DNA of 62,752 nt, filler included, from Dimorphilus gyrociliatus (Eukaryota; Animalia; Annelida): assembly GCA_904063045.1 (NCBI GenBank). It is 5 parts of 5 records of this genome, joined end to end, with 100 filler letters (N's around TTAATTAATTAA, not from the genome) between each part and the next. Parts side by side here need not be neighbours in the genome. Positions count along the whole stretch, not along the records: positions 41,449 to 62,752 come from CAJFCJ010000244.1; 4 more parts are not named here. The stretch is one strand, 5' to 3'. The translations under genes and the position numbers were made by a program. Under the pieces are notes generated by a model. The model did not search any database. It worked only from the letters and a program-made list of their open reading frames with translations, and was not told the origin of the DNA. Below are positions 45,431 to 62,752 of this stretch, in pieces; the stretch's first letter is position 1, and each line of letters starts with the position of its first letter.

Positions 45431-48400
45431 TTAATCTCTTAAAATATACAAAATATATTTAATTTAAAATTAGGAGTGATTTTAGTTTATGTTATGAAAA
45501 TTTTATATTTATTGTTGTAAAAATAGATGCAGTAAAGTATTGAAATATTCTATCTTTTCTTTATTTAGCTTCTAAACGGGATTGATTGTACTTGTTTCCG
45601 TACAAATAACGATTATATCTATATAAATAATCCATTAAAGGTGTTTTTCCAAATAATAGAATTAAAATTAAAGCTCCATGGCTCATCCCCTCATTGCGTC
45701 TCTAAGAATAAATTTTGGTAGTAACAAAAACAAAAACAAGAAATAAAGTCTTCAAAACAACCAATAAATCAAAGTGTTATAAAAAAGAATATAACGCACT
45801 CTTGTAGGTCCTACCAAAAACCAACTTTATTATTCGAAGAAAAAATATCACTAATTCATCTGGCAAAAGAAGGAAGTTCTTTGGATTGAATGAGCCATAT
45901 ATTAGAAAAACCTTGTGGCGATTGCCATATCACCTACTAAAAAGTTATAACTATTTTATGAATTTAAACGATCTTTTATTTATTTTCATCTGAATCAAAA
46001 TTTTCAAACAAGAAACCTCCTATTTTATAAATAAATATTCTTCGATATAAGGCTTTATATTATGTCTTCTACTTTTAATAACTTATGAGTACAATTTTTC
46101 TTATTTTACGATCTACAAACATTTCTTTTTGTTTAACATTAAATTCCCCATATTAAAATGATTTTAAAGTATTATTTTTTGTAGTTCATTGTTACAAACA
46201 GCCTGTTACTCTCAAAAATTCTCAATGGTTATTTTAACAATGTTTTTTATCTTTTTTTGTAGGAGGTTCAAAAATATCATTATTTAATGACTTCATAAAA
46301 AAAAGATATTACTCATATTTCTTTTATTGCTATTTCCTTATTGCTTTTAATGATACCAATTCAATTAATCTCAACGATTGTTTCAGATACACCTCCATTT
46401 TACTATTTGAAAAACATCATGAATCTACAAACATTCTTTAAAGCATTGCTATATAATGTTTTTTGCTGTTATACTACCTATAAATATATGCTTGAATATT
46501 TCAATGTAACATCCATATATTATAAAAGTGAAAATTGCTTAATAACCGTTTAATATAATCAAAAAAAGTCTATTTATAAGTGCCTATATTATTGTATTTT
46601 TTATTTTAACCAACTAAATAAAACTATATACATTATGATTTGATGATAAAAATAGCTTTTTAACAAATTTTACATACAAATATTTTTTTAATGAAGCTAA
46701 ATCCATCATCCAGAACAAAAATATTCTCGAATAAAATCAAACATTTAATTATTCTTCTTTAAAGCACTATTAGAATTTAATACAAAGCAACTATGAATGT
46801 ACCACAACCCTCTTTATGCTTTACTATTTTTGTAAATATTCATTAAAGTGAAGTTTTTCCAAAATATCAATCAATCATGGAATTAGTATAATTTACTTTT
46901 AATAAAATATCAATACGCTAGAAAATCTATATGATATAACTTTAAACAATTAAAACAAAATCTTTAATGATTAATACGCAAATTATATTAAAATATTGGC
47001 ATTAACCCCAGTATTTCAGGTCGCTAATTATGAGGCTCATAGATGATCGAAATTTCGTTTTTTATGAAATAACACATATAAACCATTTTGCGGTGCAAGC
47101 TCAAAAAAGACATACTAAATGTATTTTTAACTTTTAAACTTGATAAAAAAGATTTTTAAAATAAATGGAACTTATTGTTATCTTTTTTAGTACTAAACAG
47201 CATAAATAAACTAACTATTCCTAAGAAAAATACCAAAACATTAAAGAATTTTAGTTTATATATATAAGAGGTGTTATAAAAATTATATATTGATGGGAAA
47301 TAATGTTCTAATTTAGACAATATAGACAAACTAACTAAACTATTCATCTAAAGTTGTATAAAAAACATAATATTTCATTAGATAAATATATCTTTTATAA
47401 TAAGTGGTCTATACTTAAAGACTTAAAATGAAACATTATTATGCCACATTAAAAATCAAGCGGCCTTCTTGAACAACTAGGAACAAAAAACAAAAATAAA
47501 TATTATAGAAAAATGAGACTAGTGTCTCTTTTGGTATTATTTAAATACCAGAGGGCCTTCTTGAACAACTAGGCTCAAAAAATATAAATGAGCGTTATTG
47601 GAAAGAATCCATAATATAGACAATATAAGTATCAAATACTTTAAGTGGTCTAAAAAACATTTTCATTTGAAAAAAATAATAACATATTTGTAACTCTCTA
47701 GAATATAAAATAATAAACAAATTCAGTATAAAAAATGTACTAGTTAATTAAATGGAATATTTATAAACCCATTTCAAAAATAAATCCAAGTTCAATCTCT
47801 GAAAAGTGGTGTTAATAGTAGTTACTCTTTAATATAGTTGTATATCTTCATATTCAAACTCCCAATTTTGCACTCATTTTATAAAAACTAAACTACGCCA
47901 TCTATAATAAATGATTAGATAGTGCCATTTAAAGCTTAGTTCTATTCTAAATGTAATGTTTATCTTATCATATCCAAAAATAAAACTCTTTCTCCGTAAT
48001 TCTAAATATTCAACCAATTTTATCATTAGAATACAAATTAGAACAGTTATAAGCTATGAATTGTGTATAAGAGTAAATAAATTTTGTGTTGTACGATTGA
48101 ATTTATTAACCCTTTTATTTTTTTATTTTTATTTAGAATTGATCAATATTGACACAAACAACTAATGCATCAGAATTCTTAAACTTTTTTGGATCACTCT
48201 ATTAATTCTAATATTATTACTCTTAAAAATTAGATTTTGGGTGTAATCTATCTTTTTTTATTAATAAATTATATTTTTTTTAATTTGATATCATATTAAA
48301 AAGTTATTATGTGACGTGTTGTTTCAATCAAACTTTATAAAAAACTTTAAATATGTAAATTTGAAAAAATAAATAATTAAAATTACATTTGTAAAAAAAT

Positions 48401-48600
48401 TTAAAATTTCTACTATTCTTTATAATTAAAAAAACTAGAGTAATTTGGAAAACTAGAAATATTTGAAAAGCTAAGAATTTAAAAAAATTTCAAAAACTAA
48501 AGGATTTGAAAAACTATTAAAATTCTATAAAATATAAAAAAAAAAAGAAAAAAAAATTAAAAATATAAAAAAGTATAAAATTCTATAAAATATAAAAAAG

Positions 48601-48603
<3 letters not shown>

Positions 48604-48683
<80 letters not shown>
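48604..48683 (+). repeat. 80-nt poly(A) run within A-rich low-complexity DNA
   Basis: Read directly. Confidence 0.9.
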
Positions 48684-48685
<2 letters not shown>

Positions 48686-48882
48686 CTAAAAATAAAAAAG
48701 TATAAAATGTCAAAAGCTAAAAAGTATAAATTCTATAAAATATAAAAACTAAAAAATAAAAAACTAAAAAAAACTGAAAATACAAAAAAACTGAAAATAC
48801 AAAAAAACCAAAAAAATATATAAAAATATATAAAAAATGTCAAAAGCTAAACATTAGTATTAAATTTGTAAAACAACAATAT

Positions 48883-49326
48883 TTAATTTGGTGATGTCAA
48901 AAATGAATGTTTTAACAACTCATCAACAGTAGGTCTCAACTGAAAGTCTTTCTGTAGACAAATTTCTATAAAATCATCCAAATCTTCATTTCCTGTTGAT
49001 ATATCATCAACATAGTCTTTTGGGCGTCTAATAAAACTTTTGTATTTTTCCATGTTCTTTTCTCCATTATATTTATAGAAAGGTGTTCTTCCTCTCGCTA
49101 GGAACCATGCAATCGCTCCCATATTCCAGATATCACTCTTCTTGCCATGAATGTTCTCCATAAATACTTCTGGAGGCTTATAAGGATAAGTTCCATAGGA
49201 TTTTCCTTTGATATAATATCCACCTCTTTTGACTTCATGTAATTCAAGATCTAAATCACGCGAATAACCAACGTCAATTAACTTCCAGATTATAGATCCT
49301 CTACTGTTTTCCTCTCCCATAATATT
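48883..49326 (-). CDS. Ser/Thr protein kinase C-lobe, 5' truncated at the N junction
   Basis: NIM...KLIDVG (DFG equivalent), GTYPYKPPE (APE equivalent), SDIWNMG, CLQKDFQLRPTVDELLKHSFL. No introns. Confidence 0.85.
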   Translation of the reverse strand, partial: NIMGEENSRGSIIWKLIDVGYSRDLDLELHEVKRGGYYIKGKSYGTYPYKPPEVFMENIHGKKSDIWNMGAIAWFLARGRTPFYKYNGEKNMEKYKSFIRRPKDYVDDISTGNEDLDDFIEICLQKDFQLRPTVDELLKHSFLTSPN

Positions 49327-49327
49327 N
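49327..49327. other. Single-N junction between unrelated sequences
   Basis: The kinase is cut on the left and filamin lacks its 5' exons on the right. Composition changes abruptly: CpG and microsatellites become common. Confidence 0.8.
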
Positions 49328-49455
49328 AACCTACATTAAAAAATAGCACATTTTTTATTTATTTTGCATGATTAGAAGAAATAAAAAACAAAACATTTAA
49401 AGAAAAAAAAAGAGACGCTTTTTTTTATTTTTTTTTATTTTTTAATTGGAAAAAG

Positions 49456-49890
49456 GAACCGGAAAACCATCGGACATCCGAGAAACGTCAGGTCTGTTTG
49501 TTGAAACTGTTGAAAAGAAGCCGGGGGCATCAGTCCAGAAGAGATTCAAAGGAGACGCTTCAAAAGTCGTTGCTAAAGGTAACGGCCTAAAGAAGACATT
49601 TGCTAACCGAATGTCCAATTTCACAGTAGACGTCAAGGACGCCGGTAAGAGTCAATTAATTTTTTCGTGTAAATGTTTTCTAGGTCGATTTTATTGCAGG
49701 TAACGCCCTTCTCATGGTCGGATTAATCACACCGACTGGTAATCCCGTTGAAGAATTGAATTATAAAAAGCTACGGGGAACAGTTTACCAGGTTAACTAC
49801 AAAACATGTGAACGCGGTGAACACACACTGACCCTTCGTTGGGGTTCGGATGATATTCCCGGATCTCCTTTCGCTATATCTGTTAATTGA
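49456..49890 (+). CDS. FLN: Filamin, last two coding exons (final Ig-like filamin repeat)
   Basis: Exon 49456-49644, 55-nt GT-AG intron 49645-49699, exon 49700-49890. Reads GDASKVVAKGNGLKK...DAG|NALLMVG...LRWGSDDIPGSPFAISVN*. Confidence 0.88.
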
Positions 49891-50867
49891 TAGTCACTTT
49901 ATGTTAGCCTAACCGATTTGCCGTGTGAGATCTTTGACAAACAACCAAGAAAGAACACATCTTTTTTCTTTTTTTGCAATATTTACTTTCATTTTCGAGA
50001 TAAAGGAACGAGAAGAGTTTTTCTTTCTCTTTCTCTTTTTATTTAGAAGTAAAAGAGTCTAACCGAAAATCCGTATAATTTCTAAGCAATAAAAAATTAC
50101 AGTTTGTCAGTTTGTTTGTTTGTATGTTTGTATTTTTTTTTAATTCCTTCGTCCTTTTTCATTTTTCTTCAATTTCTCATCAATTTATTTTGAAGAGAGA
50201 TTAAAAAAATACAAAACAAGATAAATAGACGAAATACGAACTTACCACCATTGCTTCGACCCCACCCCTTCCTCTATCAATCTCTCCACCCATCGCCACC
50301 CCTTCCGTCAAGTTCTTTACGTAGAAAAAACAAAAATTAACTAACGAGTAAAGCTTCCAAGTGTAATGAATATTCAATAGAGAAGAGAAATATATTAAGG
50401 GAAGAAGAAGGAGAAAGAGAGGAGGAGGAGAGGATAAGTTAAGAGCTTGTTTGTTGTGTGAGTGTGTGTATATGTATGTAGGTATGTATGTTTGTTTTAA
50501 TACGATTATACAAACATGTTCAAGTGGATGAATGTTGTATAATTGATAGGTTTTTATCATCTTTTCCTTTCTCTCTTCTCTATTTGGTACTTAATATTTT
50601 CTTATTAGTTAAGATGCAAAACTGTAGGTGTTCCAAGTTACTATGCTGCAAGTATCTTTCTTATTATCAATTAGTTCCTATATAGACTTTCCTATGATAC
50701 GACTCAATGTTGTTATTATTTTTGTTGCCGTCTCACTCGAGTGACCCTACTCTTTTACTATAAATAATGCAATTGTTTGTTATATCTCTATCCTTATCTC
50801 TAACACTATCAACAACAACAACAACAAAGCATAAGCATCATCGTCGTCATCATCTTCTTCCGCTTCT

Positions 50868-50900
50868 TCTTCTTCTTCTTCTTCTTCTTCTTCTTCTTCT
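50868..50900. repeat. (CTT)n microsatellite
   Basis: Read directly; boundaries approximate. Confidence 0.85.
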
Positions 50901-52367
50901 TCCTTCTCCTCTTGTGCTTCTTCCAATTGTCTGACTGTTTTGTGCTTTTTTCTATAATGCTAAAATAAACGTACAGCTTTGTTTCTTTTCTTGGTGTTTT
51001 TCTTTTGTTATTAGCTGCATTTGAAAGAGAATCTAAGATAACAGAATACTTTCTCTCCATCTTTGTATGTATCTCTCAAATATTTATCCTTTTCTCTCTT
51101 CCGACCTAGTCTTTCTTCTGTCTATCTATCTCGAATTGAATTGAAGGCAAATAACAAGGTGACTTAGCAAGGTTGCCCACTGTCTCACTATGGTTAGCAC
51201 CTGAAAAACTTACTAGGATTTTGTTCACACTCATTTGTAGGTGTATGTACGTATGTATAGTATTTTGCGGTGGCTTGTTTACAGCCTATATAAGAAATAC
51301 AATGAGTAGTATACAAGTATTGTTAAGGCTATTTTGCAATGTAAGAATTGTGCTATGCATGCTATTCCTTACTCTGTGACATAGAATGTTAATTCATATT
51401 TCTAAAGGCTCTTTGCAGGTTCTCTAATGGCTTTCAAACCACAATTACTCGGTAACATTTGAATCAGTGAATTAACGTAACAATACGGCAAAAGTATAAT
51501 GTAAACAAACGAGCAAAATGTACATTTATTCATTTACGCTTCCATTATTTACGCTAAAACGTTTTACATTCTGTTTGAATTAGGCCTAAATCAATATTAT
51601 CCGTCACCAACCTCATACTGTATATAATGCAGATATTGTAAATATGTATATATATTCTATTGGGGTTAATGCCCATCCTCGACTACAATTGCAAATTAAT
51701 CAAATCATCCCAGCCATCACCATCTCTCATCATCCCATCCACCCACGCGGATGCGACCAATGGAACAAATCAAGAATAACAACTCAATTGCCTTCCAGAT
51801 GTATTTTGGAAAAAGCGATTTTGCTGTTGATATTAAAGTATATTTAATAAAAAATAATAACAGCAGCAACTTGATAGATTTCTCTTGAAAAGAGAAAAAA
51901 AAGAAAACCTAACAGACAGCAACGCCGACTTTTTTTTTTCTTCTTCTTTTTATTCAATAAGACTGTAGCCAAAAAGCATCGTGCAGTAGCAAATAATCAA
52001 CAATTTACAGCAGTTTTTTTTATACATAGTTTTACAACTTTTCTCGGAATGCATAATTTTTTGTTTTTTTTTTCTTTCTTCCTTTCTTCCCTCCCTCTGC
52101 TCCCTCCCTCTGCTCCCTCCCTACGTCCCTCCCTCTCTTCTATCTTCTTTCCTCACTCACACACTCTCTCTCTATGCCCGTCCTTATTTTCTTAGAAAAA
52201 AACGACACTTGCACTTGATACTTTTTCAGAAAAACTACAAAAAAAGGTACAAACAGTTTGTCAAAAACAAACAAATTACTAAAGAAAGAAAACTGTCACT
52301 TTTTTTGCCATTTTGATGCAAGTTTTTGCTTCTTTTGCCGTCATCTTGAACACAAGAAAGAGAGAGA

Positions 52368-52370
<3 letters not shown>

Positions 52371-52410
<40 letters not shown>
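52371..52410. repeat. (AG)n microsatellite
   Basis: Read directly. Similar tracts at ~54778-54802 (CA), ~55425-55452 (AG) and ~59044-59078 (TC). Confidence 0.85.
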
Positions 52411-52414
<4 letters not shown>

Positions 52415-53405
52415 GAGAGGGGAAAGAGGGAGAGATATGAATGAACAGGTTGATAGCTTATACATAGATAGACATATACATAAATTATTAATATATTGTT
52501 GGATTTACATTATAATAATATAGATAGTAGAATAAGAGTTTGCAATAGGAGAAAATGTTCTCAAAAATCTTTTCCATTAATTATCGACTGTTAAAAACTT
52601 TTAAAAAAAGAAAAAAAAGTTTGTCAATGTTTGTCTTGTTTGCTTCCAGATCACAGATTCATTTTCTATTGTTCATTCACTTGAGGTAAAGGAGTCTCGC
52701 TAGAAATTTTCCTGTTGGAAAGGAAAAGAAAATTTATACTAAAGAAGATCGTTGAAGCAATTGTTTGCCAATTGCAAACGGGATTAATTTAATTAAAAAA
52801 AAGCGTAAAACTACCTTCATACTTACTCAGAGATGCTTGTTATTATTGTTATTATTATTGTTATCATTTCTTTTCTTGTTTTACGCTTCAATGTCATTTA
52901 CCGAGTAAAAGAAAGGCTTTTCCCAATATCAATATACATCATAAGCTATAGGCCTACTGGACGGGATAGTAGAATTCCTTCCATTCGACTAATTCGATTT
53001 TTTTCAGCTTTGTCTACTTTCTATGCTAGCCTTTGTTTAGGCAACAAATAAACTAGGTATATTGAAGATTATTACTCCTGCTTCAATGATTGTCGAATTT
53101 GAAACATTTGTTGGTGAAAAATAGACGCTTCACTTTAACAACCCAAATAAACAGAGCTAACAAAGTCTACGTACAAAATTATACTGTCGATTTATTTAAT
53201 TAGACGATTAAAATTTTGCTGATAACATCGAAATGATTGATTTTCTCTTTTTCTTTCTTTCTTTCTTTTTGTCTTGTTTTCTTTCCTAACCTCTCCCCCT
53301 CCCTTTCTCTATCAAAATTTTGTATCATTTTTTAATGATTCTTCCTCTTCTCATAGATGGTACTTAGAAATATTCATTTCTACACATCGTTCGCCTACCC
53401 TAACA

Positions 53406-61255
<7,850 letters not shown>

Positions 61256-62752
61256 CTGTTTTTGTATTTTTCAACAATTATAAGGATTCAATACGTAAAT
61301 CTATCCAAAATTTAGTCCTAAGTTTCTATATGACAAATATTATAAATAAACTAATAGACAAGGCAGGTGTGGTTAACCGAGTGGGATAGAGCATCTTCGT
61401 GTCAATTACCAAGCTGCAACTTCCTGAACACGATCTTTCTCCTAACCCTGAGCTTACAATCCATAATTCGGCCTTTGATCATTTATCGCTCATTGTCTTC
61501 CTCTCGAAACAGTTTATCTCTCTTCTTTTCAATGATCTCTGTTATTACAGTTTTTCGAAGAACATACAATTTTTCTTCCGGTTCTTTCTCTCCTTCTCCC
61601 CCTCCCTCCCCCCTCTCTCTCTCTCTCTGTCTCTCTCTTTTTCAGCCTTTTTTTTTCTTTTACTTTCTTCAGCACCTACTCCTTTACTGTTGAATAAACT
61701 AACCTTTCGCGTCGTCTACGGCGTCTATTTTGAGCTCTAACAAACCAAGTTCGCCACAAGATTAATAAACAAGTCCAACTCAATGTATTCGTTTCACTCA
61801 TGCCTAACACTCTCGCCATTCTCATCTAACTGTGGTGCCGTTTTCAAACTCTACTAGCGCCACCAGCAGTTAAACGTTTTCCAATACCCTTTTTTTTCTC
61901 TTTTTTCAAATTAATCTTTATAGACGCCCCTGAAGGCTGACTACTAAATAGTTTTCTATTTGAGCTAGGTAGAAGATATACGTAACGATTTGGCCCATAT
62001 TTCCCTTCTTTTCCGACTAATTGAACTATAAAGAAGCGTATTTTTCTCTTCTTCTTCTTGATTTATCGTTAATTATTAATAATTGAAGAAGCTGGTAAAT
62101 TAGTTATCCTTAATTATCTCATCATCTACTCTTTTCCTCAATACTTTATTTATTTGTCTCTCCTTCCTATTTAAATTCTCACATCCCTTTTTGCCTCCGT
62201 CCTTCCTAACCCCCTTCCATCAAAGACCAAATACGGATAGAAGAATATTGTTGCTGCCGTATCTATAGCTCTATTGACAAGTGTTCGACTTGTCCTTTTT
62301 TTTTGTTTCAGTTGCCTTTGCAAATACGTATAGAGAAAAAAACAGGGGTTGGACCTATTGAGTGTATTCTTTTATATTTAATTACGCACTCGATTAGGCC
62401 TACAGTTCGCCACAACTTGATTTTAATAAAAATCCCTTTATCCACTTCCTTTGTTTCGCCTTAGCAATGCAAAGGCATGAAAAAGCGTGTAGCGGTCGAG
62501 GATGGGCGACGAAACACTTCTTTTAGAATATGGAACAAAGTTCAAGAGAACTAGATAACAATGCTGTTTGTTCGAAAGGAGAAATAAGAGTTGAATGATT
62601 TTGTAGAGATTTTGTATGCTCAATACTCGGTCATATTAATTAGTATGATTAGAGTAACGATAACAAGATCTTTAAGGATTAGCCTATAGGATTGAAGGAG
62701 CGAGAGAACGAGAGAAAGAGGAAAATGATTGTTAAGATATAATATATTGCAT

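Larger units (their letters stand above)
43440..45720 (+). pseudogene. Highly decayed Tc1 transposase relic, split by the MULE insertion
   Basis: TTFSNESKFSMFNSDG (~43563-43610) matches the Tc1 FSDESKF motif. The text continues after 45431 with KIDAVKY-like residues. Confidence 0.55.

Noticed and set aside
48525-48713. Poly-Phe ORF (and poly-Lys ORF 50809-51060)
   Set aside because: Translations of the A80 run and the (CTT)n microsatellite.
61360-62752. Candidate first coding exon(s) of CaMKK
   Set aside because: Several short open frames exist, but none could be tied to exon 61255 with convincing splice sites and homology.

Overview
This window is not one continuous locus. It is six unrelated sequence blocks joined artificially: four 100-bp spacers (44 N + TTAATTAATTAA + 44 N) and one single N at 49327. 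(1) 1-9770: AT-rich animal DNA with short introns. It holds a LamG/TSP1 pseudogene split by two stacked solo LTRs, a RING ORF, Ty3/gypsy gag-pro-RNaseH debris and an intron-containing MULE. (2) 9871-22059: an intron-less, gene-dense block that looks microsporidian (RPA2, PNS1/CTL, cullin, Fes1-like, Rrs1-like, GDA1/CD39), with CCC motifs just upstream of most ATGs and large Asn-rich inserts. (3) 22160-31193: the 3' half of a Ty3/gypsy retroelement whose integrase runs in frame into a class III (gB/chuvirus/rhabdovirus-G-like) envelope protein, followed by a PPT and LTR, then an SDR gene and CTL/LDLa exons. (4) 31294-41348: a ~2090-codon NACHT-LRR receptor, a deleted Tc1 element and a class A GPCR. 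(5) 41449-49326: probably microsporidian DNA with a MULE flanked by a 76-bp direct repeat inside a Tc1 relic, plus a truncated kinase. (6) 49328-62752: animal DNA with the last filamin exons and a multi-exon CaMKK gene. Many frameshifts are single-base slips in homopolymers, so pseudogene status is often uncertain. Protein-family calls come from motifs I recognised by eye; no database search was run. The best candidates for new biology are the IN-Env fusion retroelement, the hidden microsporidian and the MULE with the long target duplication.
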